Origin: Candidatus Omnitrophota bacterium
GTDB taxonomy: Bacteria > Omnitrophota > Gorgyraeia > 2-01-FULL-45-10
Assembly: GCA_028699255.1 (NCBI GenBank)
Contig: JAQVUX010000003.1
Location: forward strand, 82,654-146,653
Direction of reading: 5' to 3'
Length of the DNA stretch: 64,000 nucleotides
In this document: positions 9,070 to 19,292 of the stretch, piece after piece
How positions within the stretch are numbered: the first letter of the stretch is position 1
Layout: each line of letters starts with the position of its first letter
Position numbers and translations under genes: made by a program
Notes under the pieces: generated by a model
Databases searched by the model: none
What the model saw: only the letters and a program-made list of their open reading frames with translations
What the model was told of the DNA's origin: nothing

Positions 9070-10878
9070 ATGCGCAGGGCCTTGATACTCAATGATACCA
9101 AAGACGCTTTTTACGCGGCGGAAAATATAGATCTTTTATTACGGGACGATACCGTTATTTTTTCCACTCACGTATCCGTGGATGTGTTTCTGAAAGAAAA
9201 GTTCCGGATAGAGTGTATATCCCTGTGTAAGTATATCGCGCCGGAGCAGGCGGCGCGGAATATAAAACTGTCGGATGAAATGGCGAACGAAACGGTGGAT
9301 CTTCTGGACGCGGCTCATTCCGCAGGAATAAATGGAAGATCCGGTTTAAGGGACGTCAGACTTTTCCGGCCGCTATTTTCATATATCATCTATTTCCAGT
9401 TTTTGACTTGTTTTAATCTGCACGACTCGCTTAAAGCGGCTATAGAGAAGAGCGGTATAAGCGAGATACTTTTTTTTAACAAAAAGATAAATGAATACGA
9501 AGAATCCGCTATTACTATAGAGGATGTGTTGAAGACGCTTTCCGGCGTTAAATTAACGGCTATCATGGCCGGCGCGCGGACACAGGCGGTAATCGGCAAT
9601 CCGGATATTTTAAAGTGGCGGAAGGTCATAGACTATCCGTACGTAGTATTTTTGAAGTTGCTCTCGCGCCTCGAAAAGCTTTTACTTAAACTCAGATACT
9701 CTGTGATGTTAAAGGGGAGAAAAACCATAGTATTGATCGAACCGTTATGCGACCTGTCTTTCCTGCGTCGCATGCTGGCGTTGTCACGGTATAATGTCAT
9801 ATACTATGATATCAATTCTCCTTTGCCCGCAGGTTCCGCCGCGGGGCTTGTGCATGATTATAAGATATCTATCGTTCCAAGGGGCTTTGCGGGAACCGAT
9901 TCGGACAAGAGCCGGCGTTATTTCAGAGATATTATAATGAAAAACGCGGAAGAGATGTTCAATAAAGGAGCCGGTAGATACATAGGATGCCTTAAGGAGT
10001 TAGACCGATTGAATAGCATATACGGTATAAAGCTGGGAATATGGGGCATCTCGCCGGTTTTTGGCCCGAGGGGTTTAGTGGCCGAATATCTCCTGAAAAA
10101 TAACAAGCCCGTCATAGGTATGCAACACGGCGGCCTTCTGGGCAATCTTCATAATAGTGACGTCCATATGTCGGACGCGACCAGGTGCACCGATTACATA
10201 TCTTACGGGTTCAATAAAAATGATCTGGCAAAAACTTATCCCGAAAAAAAATTCGACATGGTAACTATTCATGAATTCGGCACGACAAAAACGTTTAAGG
10301 AAAAAAGGCGAGGCAGGCCGGTCATTGATTTACTCATTCCACCGACGATAACGCTGTCTATGCTGGAGGGCGGCATGATCAGGGATATGCCGGACACCAT
10401 TTTAAATAATCAGCTCAAGCTGGTAGAATACCTGGACGGGGTAAAAGGGCGCAATATAGTGGTAAAGCCCATGCCTTTTTCCAATTACGATAATCTGGCG
10501 ATATTGCCGGCTCTTGAAAGAATGAAGAATATCAAATTAATAAATAATCTTTCGTTCGAGGATGCGCTTAATTTTTATGATGTTAAGGCTGTATTGCTGG
10601 AACATGCCACGACGGCACTTTACGAAGCCATCGCCTGCGACGTGGAGATATTTTTAGTGAACCATAATGTTGTAAGGCCCATCGAAGCGGGCGCTTTGGA
10701 CGCGCTTAAGAAGCGGGTGCATTGCGCAGAGAATGCCGAAGATATCATCCCGAAATTGGATCTTTTTTTCAGCGGGAAATTGGAGAAGAAGCGCGACAAT
10801 AGTTTCTACGAGCGCTATGTCTACAAAAAAGATGCGAAAAAAAATATAACGGAGCTGGTAAAAAAGCTGGTGAGCTAA
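9070..10878 (+). CDS. Hypothetical protein (602 aa, possible polysaccharide-modifying / GT-B-like)
   Basis: Long ORF with codon usage matching its neighbours. No motif I can name. Confidence 0.45.
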   Translation: MRRALILNDTKDAFYAAENIDLLLRDDTVIFSTHVSVDVFLKEKFRIECISLCKYIAPEQAARNIKLSDEMANETVDLLDAAHSAGINGRSGLRDVRLFRPLFSYIIYFQFLTCFNLHDSLKAAIEKSGISEILFFNKKINEYEESAITIEDVLKTLSGVKLTAIMAGARTQAVIGNPDILKWRKVIDYPYVVFLKLLSRLEKLLLKLRYSVMLKGRKTIVLIEPLCDLSFLRRMLALSRYNVIYYDINSPLPAGSAAGLVHDYKISIVPRGFAGTDSDKSRRYFRDIIMKNAEEMFNKGAGRYIGCLKELDRLNSIYGIKLGIWGISPVFGPRGLVAEYLLKNNKPVIGMQHGGLLGNLHNSDVHMSDATRCTDYISYGFNKNDLAKTYPEKKFDMVTIHEFGTTKTFKEKRRGRPVIDLLIPPTITLSMLEGGMIRDMPDTILNNQLKLVEYLDGVKGRNIVVKPMPFSNYDNLAILPALERMKNIKLINNLSFEDALNFYDVKAVLLEHATTALYEAIACDVEIFLVNHNVVRPIEAGALDALKKRVHCAENAEDIIPKLDLFFSGKLEKKRDNSFYERYVYKKDAKKNITELVKKLVS

Positions 10879-10884
10879 TAGCGT

Positions 10885-12471
10885 ATGGATACCCAGGACA
10901 TAATACCGGAAAATATCGCCTGCGAGAAACGCTTCCGGGGCGATTCCCTTAAGAAGCGCTGGCTCTATAAATTCTTTGCCAACTTTATAGGGTTCGGCAT
11001 GGGATTTATTACCCAGTCCATCGTGCCTCGGAGCCTGGGCCCGGGCGCATACGGCGATTTCAGCTTCCTGACCAATTTTTTTACGCAGGTAGCGAATTTC
11101 TTCGACATGGGTACGTCGGCGTGTTTTTATACCAAGCTTTCACAGCGCCCCGAGGAGAGGGATTTAGTTTCATTCTATATATATTTTGCCGCTTTTCTCG
11201 TGGTAGGTGTTATGACGTTTGTCGTAGTATCGGTATTGACCGGCGCTTACGCCGGATTTTGGCCGGGGCAGGAGATATTTTACATATATCTGGCCGCGGG
11301 GTTCGGTATATTGAGCTGGGTAGTGCAGGCTATGGCAAGCATGACCGACGCATATGGTATCACGGTCATGGCCGAGAAGGCGAAGATGCTTCAAAAGGTA
11401 TTGACCGTCGCGATAGTTGTCCTGTTATATATTTTCAACCAGATTACCCTGGCCAATTTTTTCTATCTTCAATATGCGGTTTTCTGCTTCCTCATCCTGG
11501 CATTTATATATATAATGAGGCGGGAAGGCTATTTGCTTGGGCAGGGAATAACCATCGCTTTTGATAGAGCAAAGAAATATATAAAAGAATTCTATACTTA
11601 CAGCCATCCTTTATTCTTTTGTTATCTTATAGGGATGGTAGTGAATATATTCGATAGATGGCTCTTGCAGGCTTTCGGCGGAAGTATACAACAGGGCTTT
11701 TTCGGGTTCTCTTTTCAGATAAGCGCGCTGTGTTTTATTTTCGCCGGGGCGCTGACGCCTCTTTTGGTCAGGGAATTCTCGATCTCGCACGCCAAACAGG
11801 ATCTTAAAGAGATGAGCCGTGTCTTTCAGAAATATATGCCCGTGTTATTGTTCTCTACCACTTTCTTGACGTGCTTTATCGCCGCGCAATCGGGGAACAT
11901 AGTCGCGATTATGGGCGGAGATAAATACAGGGATTCGGTCTGGCCGTTATTCATCATGGCATTTTATCCCATTTACCAGGTTTTTGGCCAGGCATGCGGC
12001 TCAGTTTTTTTGGCGATGGGCGAGACCAAATCTTACAGTAATATAAGTATATTATTTATGCTGTTAGGTATCCCGGCGACTTATTTTTTAATAGCCCCCC
12101 GCGCGCTTTATGGGTTGGATGCCGGCGCGACCGGACTGGCTCTAAAGATGATATTGCTTCAAGGTCTGGGGGTCAATGCGCTTTTATACGGTACGGCCAA
12201 GGCTCTCAAGTTCTCATTCAGAAAATATGTATTCGCGCAGGGCACAACCATGGCGGCGCTTTTGACGCTTGCCTTCGCGGCATCATTCGCCGCTGTGCGA
12301 TTTACGGGATTTTTCTGCAATAATTTTGTGAACTTTTTCTCGGCGGGACTGGCTTATACCGCTATGGCCGCCGCGGTGTTGTATTTTTTCCCCGGCATCT
12401 TTGCGCTGAGAAAAAGCGATATCGACAGCGCCATTGAGGCAGGCATGAAGAAATTGGGGAGGGACAGGTAG
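10885..12471 (+). CDS. Wzx-like oligosaccharide flippase (MOP/polysaccharide biosynthesis protein family)
   Basis: 528 aa, about 12-14 predicted hydrophobic helices, typical Wzx-like N-terminus. Confidence 0.6.
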   Translation: MDTQDIIPENIACEKRFRGDSLKKRWLYKFFANFIGFGMGFITQSIVPRSLGPGAYGDFSFLTNFFTQVANFFDMGTSACFYTKLSQRPEERDLVSFYIYFAAFLVVGVMTFVVVSVLTGAYAGFWPGQEIFYIYLAAGFGILSWVVQAMASMTDAYGITVMAEKAKMLQKVLTVAIVVLLYIFNQITLANFFYLQYAVFCFLILAFIYIMRREGYLLGQGITIAFDRAKKYIKEFYTYSHPLFFCYLIGMVVNIFDRWLLQAFGGSIQQGFFGFSFQISALCFIFAGALTPLLVREFSISHAKQDLKEMSRVFQKYMPVLLFSTTFLTCFIAAQSGNIVAIMGGDKYRDSVWPLFIMAFYPIYQVFGQACGSVFLAMGETKSYSNISILFMLLGIPATYFLIAPRALYGLDAGATGLALKMILLQGLGVNALLYGTAKALKFSFRKYVFAQGTTMAALLTLAFAASFAAVRFTGFFCNNFVNFFSAGLAYTAMAAAVLYFFPGIFALRKSDIDSAIEAGMKKLGRDR

Positions 12472-14829
12472 ATGCCGGATATCCTAAAGCGCGAATGGCT
12501 CCCGGTATTATTTATAGCCGCAATAGTACTATTCGGATATAGCGGACTCTTCGCCGGGGCGGACTTTTTTGTGGATGATGACGCGGTGCTTCTTCATGGC
12601 TATTCTCATGGGAACGCCATAGGGAACGGATGGCGGCCGGACAAGGGCTTCGGGATATCATTCTTTTTCGGGGATCCTGGTATGGCGCATGCCTGGTCGG
12701 TATTCTCGATATGGGAAAAAATAATAAAGTTGCCCGCGCTGGCATATAATTCATCCGTTATTCTTCTTCTTATCCTTGCCGCGATATCGCAATATGTTTT
12801 ATTGAAGAGAGTCGCGCCGGGTATGCGCTGGATATCAGCGTTCCTTGCGCCTTTGATAGTATTCGGCCCGCTTCAGCATGAGTTCTTCTTCCAGAGGCAC
12901 TGGATAACGCTTTCTATAGGTACGCCGCTTTTACTTATGCTCATTTATGATTATTTCAAAGACCCGAAGACGGTATATCTTTTACGCGCCGGATTCCTAT
13001 TGTGGTTCGTGTGGTTCTTCGGGAGCTTCGCGCCGTTTTTGGAACTTTTAATAGTCAGCGGTATCTTTGCGGTGACATTCTGGATATACTTTAAAAAGGA
13101 AAGGGCCGGGTTGGTAATAAGAGCCGTGCTACTCTACTTAACGGCGATAACGATGACCGTGTTACTCGGCTTCTGGATATTTTATTCTGTTTTTATAGAA
13201 AAGAACCTTTCCGGATATTTGAGAGAGCCGGTTTATAATGCCGCGGGGGTATTCAGCCCGGCTTCCGCGATGTATTTTCTGATAAATCTATTTCACTGCG
13301 GATGGCTACCCGGCAATATAATACTACCCGGCATGGATTGGTTGCCAAAAGTGAGTTGGGATATGTGTTCCGTGGTATTTCCACTCGTATTGATTGTTTT
13401 TCTTTTTAAGCGCTCATCGGGATTCTGGGAATTTTCCATGAAGTGGCTTATCGTAGTTCTGTTTGCGCACGAATTTTTTATGGGCGCCGTGCCTGCATAT
13501 GCCAATCTTTCGCAATTCATTATAAATGGTTATCCGCTATGTAAGTTTCAGCCGGCGTACCATTGTTTTCAAATAGGACTTCTGGGCATATTTATTTCCG
13601 GGATATCGGCGGGCAATTTCAATATGAAGAGTCTTTTGGGCAAAAGCCTGCGTTCGGCTGTAGCCGCCATCCTGTGTCTTTTTTATGCGGCGCTATTCGT
13701 CTTTGCCGTAATTTCGGTAGTATCGCCGGGTATCCTGCTTGACGGCTTAGCCGGACTGATCCGGGTCTTGCCTTTTGGTAATTTATCCCGCGCCGCCGAC
13801 GGGTTAGTTTCTTATGTGGCGCTGTTTAATCTTAAAAGTGTTCAGCAGGGGATGGGTCTTTGCAGTATTCTGTTCTATCTTTCGAGCGCGCTTCTGATCT
13901 GGATTTTTGCATCGAAGAAATATATGAATAAAATCTCCGCCACTTACAAAAATGGACTGGCTTTACTGCTTCTGGCAAATGCATTGTTATTGTCATGGGC
14001 CATATATCCTTTGCATAAAGGGCCGATGGTTTGGGCCCAGAACGAGATTGCCGAATTTGTGAAATCCTTGAAACCGACCGACCGTTTTTACAGCGCCCTG
14101 GACAAGACGAGCCAAAAGACCAAAAAGACCCTGGAGAGTTTTAAAAAGAATTGGGTGGAAGAGGACGGCGCCCCAAGACGGTATATGCCAGGTTACTGGG
14201 ACGCACCGAAGTTGAGCATATCGTCCGGCAAGTCGTTTTCGCAAAAGCCGGTTGCGGATTTCACCATTCGTATTTTTAATGGCGATGGTCAAACGCGCCT
14301 CGGAAGTTTGCGGGAGCTCGACGCCGGCCCGTTCATAACATCGAAGATGATGAATGACTCGGCGATATCTTATTATTATTCGTTCCGCGAACTGCCGCCG
14401 GCGGATGGTTTGTCATTGGCCGCGAAGGCGCGGCAATTATACATATATAAGAATACCGCCGCGCGCCCCTACTTTTACCTGGAAAATAGAGCGGGCGTGT
14501 CCGATGGCTCCGGTGTTTCGTTGAAAGAATTTTCCTTCGGGAGGATGGTTTTCGATTATTACGGCGAAACCGCGAACATGCTCATAGTCGCGGATGCCTG
14601 GCATCCTTTCTGGAAGGCCAGATCCGGAGAAGCTTTTTATCCGGTGTTCAAGTGTAATGATATATTCAAAGAGGTACTGCTCCCGAAGGGAAAGCATGAA
14701 GTGACGCTATTTTTCGACACCGGCGCATTTATGCCCGGCATATATGTGTCGATCGTTTCCTGGGTATTATTTTTAACGGTCTATTGTGTTTTGTCCGGGC
14801 GCAAAAAAAGAAAAGAGGGTTGGTTATGA
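12472..14829 (+). CDS. Large polytopic membrane protein, YfhO-like / GT-C-like putative glycosyltransferase
   Basis: 785 aa, many TM helices followed by a large soluble C-terminal domain. Immediately upstream of a GtrB-like GT2. Confidence 0.45.
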   Translation: MPDILKREWLPVLFIAAIVLFGYSGLFAGADFFVDDDAVLLHGYSHGNAIGNGWRPDKGFGISFFFGDPGMAHAWSVFSIWEKIIKLPALAYNSSVILLLILAAISQYVLLKRVAPGMRWISAFLAPLIVFGPLQHEFFFQRHWITLSIGTPLLLMLIYDYFKDPKTVYLLRAGFLLWFVWFFGSFAPFLELLIVSGIFAVTFWIYFKKERAGLVIRAVLLYLTAITMTVLLGFWIFYSVFIEKNLSGYLREPVYNAAGVFSPASAMYFLINLFHCGWLPGNIILPGMDWLPKVSWDMCSVVFPLVLIVFLFKRSSGFWEFSMKWLIVVLFAHEFFMGAVPAYANLSQFIINGYPLCKFQPAYHCFQIGLLGIFISGISAGNFNMKSLLGKSLRSAVAAILCLFYAALFVFAVISVVSPGILLDGLAGLIRVLPFGNLSRAADGLVSYVALFNLKSVQQGMGLCSILFYLSSALLIWIFASKKYMNKISATYKNGLALLLLANALLLSWAIYPLHKGPMVWAQNEIAEFVKSLKPTDRFYSALDKTSQKTKKTLESFKKNWVEEDGAPRRYMPGYWDAPKLSISSGKSFSQKPVADFTIRIFNGDGQTRLGSLRELDAGPFITSKMMNDSAISYYYSFRELPPADGLSLAAKARQLYIYKNTAARPYFYLENRAGVSDGSGVSLKEFSFGRMVFDYYGETANMLIVADAWHPFWKARSGEAFYPVFKCNDIFKEVLLPKGKHEVTLFFDTGAFMPGIYVSIVSWVLFLTVYCVLSGRKKRKEGWL

Positions 14830-15788
14830 AATACACCGTATTGGTTCCGGTATATAATGAGTCCAATAGCCTGACAGAATTATGCGACAGGATCGAGACT
14901 GCTTTCAGATCGATCAAAGAGGAGAAAGAGTTCGATATCCTTATAGTCGATGACGGGTCTACAGACTCTTCGCGTGACGTTATCAAATCTCTTTGCGCCG
15001 GCAGGAAATATGTTAAAGCTATCTTTTTACGGAAGAATGTCGGCAAGTCGTTCGCGTTGACCGCGGGGTTTATGAATTCGCATTCGGACTATGTTATTAC
15101 CATAGACGGAGATTTACAGGATAGGCCGGAAGATATACCCGTCCTGATCAATAAGATAAGTGAAGGGTATGATCTCGTCTCCGGCTGGAAGCAAAACAGG
15201 AAAGACGGCATCGTGAGGGTTCTTGGCTCCAGGGTTTTTAATGATGTTGTATCACGTCTCGGCGGGATAAGGTTCCATGATTTTAATTGCGGGTTCAAAA
15301 TATACAGGTCAAATGTTGTAAAGAATATATCGGTTTACGGCCAGCATCACCGTTTTATACCGCTTTTGGCTTATTTTATGGGATTCAAAGTTGCCGAGGT
15401 TCCGATATCGCATGATAAGAGAAGATTTGGCTCTTCCAAATATCCTGCTTTTCGTTACCATGGACTGTTCGATATCCTATCGATCCTGTTCACATACAAA
15501 TACAGGTTCAGTCCTTTGTATTTTTTTGGCGCGATAGGTATAATGTTGATTGCCCCCGGAGCATTGCTTGCCGCATATCTATTGTGCAGGCATCTTATGT
15601 TCGTATTTGGTTTCGGAACCCAGTATATGCTGTTCAACAGGCCGCTTCTTATGGCTTCGTTTACGGTTTGTATACTGGGGCTGAACGTATTCCTCACAGG
15701 GTTTGTATGTGATTTTATTCTCCAGCACTCCGGTTCAAAAGGAGTTACCGGATATGTGGAGAGTCTTATAGATGAGAAAGAATGTTAA
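14826..15788 (+). CDS. GT2 polyprenol-phosphate sugar synthase (GtrB/CsbB/ArnC-like)
   Basis: Start ATG 14826 (ATGA overlap). LVPVYNE...DDGSTD...IDGDLQD motifs and two C-terminal TM helices. Confidence 0.75.
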   Translation: MKYTVLVPVYNESNSLTELCDRIETAFRSIKEEKEFDILIVDDGSTDSSRDVIKSLCAGRKYVKAIFLRKNVGKSFALTAGFMNSHSDYVITIDGDLQDRPEDIPVLINKISEGYDLVSGWKQNRKDGIVRVLGSRVFNDVVSRLGGIRFHDFNCGFKIYRSNVVKNISVYGQHHRFIPLLAYFMGFKVAEVPISHDKRRFGSSKYPAFRYHGLFDILSILFTYKYRFSPLYFFGAIGIMLIAPGALLAAYLLCRHLMFVFGFGTQYMLFNRPLLMASFTVCILGLNVFLTGFVCDFILQHSGSKGVTGYVESLIDEKEC

Positions 15789-15809
15789 GAGGATAAGGAC
15801 GCGATACAG

Positions 15810-16844
15810 ATGCAAAAAATAAAGTACGGCTTAAAGCTTCTCGGGAACATCTTGGCGATAAAGCTGGGTATGCCGCGGCCAATCATAGCGGTTTGGGAGA
15901 CGACCTACCGGTGCAATATGCGATGCGCATTTTGCAATGAAAAGAATATGGCCGCCAAAGAGATGGATACGCCGGAGGCCATCCGGATGATAGAAGAGCT
16001 TGCGGAGATTGGGACGAACATCATACTACTCACCGGCGGCGAGCCGACGCTTCGCAACGACATAGATGCCATAATGGACGCCGTAAAGAAGAGCGGTATG
16101 ACGTCTATATTTACAACGAACGGATTGAACGCGAAGAATAGGATATCCGCTATCCTGAAGGCAGACATGATACGCCTGAGCGTTGACGGATACGGGGATG
16201 TCCATGACGCCATCCGTGGCACACCGGGCGCTTTTGAAAGCGTGCGGGAGTTAGTGCCGATTCTCGTGAAAGCGGGCAAGCCGCCGATGATCGTGTGCGT
16301 TGCTACGCGCGCGGCGGATAGGGAGAATTTGAAGAAGCTCTTTGCGCAGGCCAGGGAGTGGGGCGTGCAGGTGGATCTGTCGATGGTTACTTATTCCATG
16401 AGGACGAAGATAACATCAGAAGACGCAAAAGAGGTTAGTAGTATCCAGCAAGATAGTCGACTGGGTGAGGCAGACTTTCTCGATACGCTCGACGAATTTA
16501 AAGAAATGTTTCCGGACGTCCTGGCTAACCCTGGTTTTTACCGCCGTCTGATCACGGATGGCGGGCTCGGCACAAGATGCAGGGCGTTGGATGTCTCGCT
16601 GAATATACGGCCCGACGGCACGGTTTCTATCCCGTGCGACGCTTTTACTCTTTTTAAGCTCGAAGGAGATAAGCACGACGTTTGGCGACGTATGCGGGGC
16701 CTGAAAGACGTGCGGGAGAAGTTGGGTAAGTATGAATTTTGTAACGCCTGCTATAAGAGATGTATAGCTTTTCCATCGATGCTGTTGAGTATTAAAAATC
16801 TATTAGACCTGGTAAAAGCATATTTGCCGACGGTTCGGAGGTAA
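15810..16844 (+). CDS. Radical SAM protein
   Basis: 344 aa. CNMRCAFC (CxxxCxxC); GGEPTL. Confidence 0.7.
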   Translation: MQKIKYGLKLLGNILAIKLGMPRPIIAVWETTYRCNMRCAFCNEKNMAAKEMDTPEAIRMIEELAEIGTNIILLTGGEPTLRNDIDAIMDAVKKSGMTSIFTTNGLNAKNRISAILKADMIRLSVDGYGDVHDAIRGTPGAFESVRELVPILVKAGKPPMIVCVATRAADRENLKKLFAQAREWGVQVDLSMVTYSMRTKITSEDAKEVSSIQQDSRLGEADFLDTLDEFKEMFPDVLANPGFYRRLITDGGLGTRCRALDVSLNIRPDGTVSIPCDAFTLFKLEGDKHDVWRRMRGLKDVREKLGKYEFCNACYKRCIAFPSMLLSIKNLLDLVKAYLPTVRR

Positions 16845-16854
16845 GGGGGAGGTC

Positions 16855-18519
16855 ATGAACGATTTTGAATATCAGCTGAACTATATAAAAGAGAACAGTC
16901 GCAGGCTGATCTCCATGCAGGATCGTAATATCGTCTCACCCGCTTACGGCTGTTTCCATTATGCTTACTGGCGGGATAAGGTGACCGACTTTGCGGATGC
17001 CCGTTATCAGGAGGCGGGCGCCGCGCTTGGTCTTCTGACACATCCGGCTATATATGACAGCTCCATGCCGTCGAAGAAGGATCTCTACGCTTCTTTTTCC
17101 GCCGCTGTCGTTTTCTGGGCAAAGATTCAGCATGGCGATGGCAGTTTCGACGAATGGTACAAGAATGAGCGCGGTTTTGCCGCGACGGAATTCAGCCTCA
17201 TCGCTTTCGGCTTAGCGCTGTATCTTCTCGGAGACTCGGTTGAGGATGCGGATAGATCCAGGATATCGGCTGTCATAGTGAAGGCGGCGGATTGGCTGGT
17301 GAAGCGTAACGATGATGTTAAATCTAATCATGAAGCCGCGGCCGCGGCCGCCCTGGCACTCGCATACCGCATTACGGGAAACGAATATTATGGCCGGGCC
17401 GCGCGCGAGAAATGCGCAAAGGTGCTTGGGTCGCAGACGGATGAGGGGTGGTTTAATGAGGTAGCGGGTATGGATCTGGGATATTGCAGTGTCCTGCTCG
17501 ACTATATGATGCTCTACCATGTGCTGATGAGTGACGACTCTGTTATACAGCCCATGAGAAAACTATATTCATTTTTATATAATTTCATTCACCCGGATCT
17601 TACCGTTTCCGCGGAAGCCGGCATATGCTTCAACAATTATCTTGCCAGGTTGGGAACGGTGCTTCTCTCCGAACATTCGCCTGAGGCCGCCGCGATAGCG
17701 CGCTTCTTCGACGGAAGAAGCGCCGGGTTTGAAGGAATAGCCCCATATCTTTCCGATGACCTGCGCCTGTGCAGGTGGGGATATTTGCCCATCGTCACGA
17801 AGATACTGAAAAAAAGGATGGTCGAGGAATCACTTTTTGCGAAAGCGTATAGTAATAAAAAAGACGACAAGACCCCGGGAGGATTTTTTAAAAAGGCGGC
17901 CGTATTTTCTCGTTCTTCTCCGGGCATATATGTGGAATTTATCCCTGCAGGCGGCGGCGCGATAAAAGGTTATTTTAACGGCGAGCTCTCCGGCGTTACC
18001 GGCAGATACGAGGACTCAGGTTATGTTTACGGCCCGATCGGTTCATCGGGAAAATATATTTTTACAGGTGGCTACAAGGCCGATCGCAAATCGGAACTTG
18101 CCGAAGATGGGATGAGCGCGGAAGTGGAATTTGTTCCGGCGAGATTTTTCTTTCCGCCGTACATAGCGCGGCTGGCGCTAAGGATAGCATGCAGTATCCC
18201 GATGTTTTCGTTTTACGCAAGGAAACTTATCGATATGTATCGTAAGATGAAAGGGACGGCGATAAACCAATCCGCGGCGCCGGTGGCGGATGGGAAGGGG
18301 GCTATTCTGCTCAGGCGGTGCCTGCAGACAGAAGAATGGGGTTTTAGGATCACCGACGAGATTATAGCCGGCGATGGGTTTGGCGGAATCGATCGCGCGT
18401 TACTCAGGCCGATATCATACAGTAACGGAGTAAAAGTTGATAATGTGGAATCCTCGTCGGGGACGGCAGGTAATTTTAGCAGAAAGATTTGTTTTATTAA
18501 AGAGGTTCGGCTGGCTTGA
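16855..18519 (+). CDS. Hypothetical protein (554 aa, alpha-helical repeat / alpha-alpha-toroid-like)
   Basis: Long ORF, no recognisable catalytic motif. Could be a polysaccharide lyase/epimerase-like fold. Confidence 0.45.
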   Translation: MNDFEYQLNYIKENSRRLISMQDRNIVSPAYGCFHYAYWRDKVTDFADARYQEAGAALGLLTHPAIYDSSMPSKKDLYASFSAAVVFWAKIQHGDGSFDEWYKNERGFAATEFSLIAFGLALYLLGDSVEDADRSRISAVIVKAADWLVKRNDDVKSNHEAAAAAALALAYRITGNEYYGRAAREKCAKVLGSQTDEGWFNEVAGMDLGYCSVLLDYMMLYHVLMSDDSVIQPMRKLYSFLYNFIHPDLTVSAEAGICFNNYLARLGTVLLSEHSPEAAAIARFFDGRSAGFEGIAPYLSDDLRLCRWGYLPIVTKILKKRMVEESLFAKAYSNKKDDKTPGGFFKKAAVFSRSSPGIYVEFIPAGGGAIKGYFNGELSGVTGRYEDSGYVYGPIGSSGKYIFTGGYKADRKSELAEDGMSAEVEFVPARFFFPPYIARLALRIACSIPMFSFYARKLIDMYRKMKGTAINQSAAPVADGKGAILLRRCLQTEEWGFRITDEIIAGDGFGGIDRALLRPISYSNGVKVDNVESSSGTAGNFSRKICFIKEVRLA

Positions 18520-18552
18520 GTCCGGCCGCATTCAATAGGAGGTGTAATTAGC

Positions 18553-19290
18553 ATGGTAGCGGCGCTCTTACTTGGACGGGAAGGCAGTGTAGGATTCCCC
18601 GGAAAGAACATGTATCCTGTGCTGGGCAAGCCATTGTCGTATTATCCCATGGCCGCGGCCAGAAAGGCCGCAACCGTAGACGAAGTATTTTTATCCACCG
18701 ATTCTAAAGACTTAATGAAGCTGGCCGACAGCCTCGGTATCAAGATCATAAAAAGGCCCGCCGAGTTGTGCACCAACGAGGCCACGGGGCTTGACGCTTT
18801 TCTCCACGGGTACAAAGTGATACGGGATCTTTACGGCTCGGATAGAATAGAGTTCATGATACTCATGTTTTGCAATGCCCCGACGGTGACGCCACAGACG
18901 ATAGACGAAGGCGTGAAAGTCCTTCGCGCAAACCCGCTTTACGACTCGGCCGTTACCGTGTCGCGATATAACATGTGGAGCCCGCTTCGCGCCCGCCGGA
19001 TCGGGGAAGACGGACTGCTACATCCGTTCGTACCTTTCGAGGCGCTCGGCGATCCGTCTACATTCAACTGCAACAGGGATTCGCAGGGAGACGCCTGGTT
19101 CGCGGATGTGGCCGTATCGGTGGTGCGGCCGGGATGCCTCGATAATATTGAAGACGGATTACTTCCGCAGAAGTGGATGGGCCGCAAGATATATCCGTTG
19201 AAACAGTGGGGCGGGCTTGACGTCGATTATGAATGGCAGATACCGCAGGCGGAATACTGGCTGAAGAAAAACGGATACGGAGAAAAGTAA
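18553..19290 (+). CDS. Acylneuraminate cytidylyltransferase-family protein (CMP/CDP-sugar or -alditol synthetase, NeuA/PseF-like)
   Basis: 245 aa. LLGREGSVGFPGKNM... P-loop-like N-terminus typical of the CTP_transf_3 family. Confidence 0.65.
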   Translation: MVAALLLGREGSVGFPGKNMYPVLGKPLSYYPMAAARKAATVDEVFLSTDSKDLMKLADSLGIKIIKRPAELCTNEATGLDAFLHGYKVIRDLYGSDRIEFMILMFCNAPTVTPQTIDEGVKVLRANPLYDSAVTVSRYNMWSPLRARRIGEDGLLHPFVPFEALGDPSTFNCNRDSQGDAWFADVAVSVVRPGCLDNIEDGLLPQKWMGRKIYPLKQWGGLDVDYEWQIPQAEYWLKKNGYGEK

Positions 19291-19292
19291 TT

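Noticed and set aside
11121-11564. 147-aa + strand ORF inside the flippase gene in another frame (and similar ones at 34486-34959)
   Set aside because: They overlap a strongly supported gene in an alternate frame. The composition looks like frame-shifted translation. No RBS.
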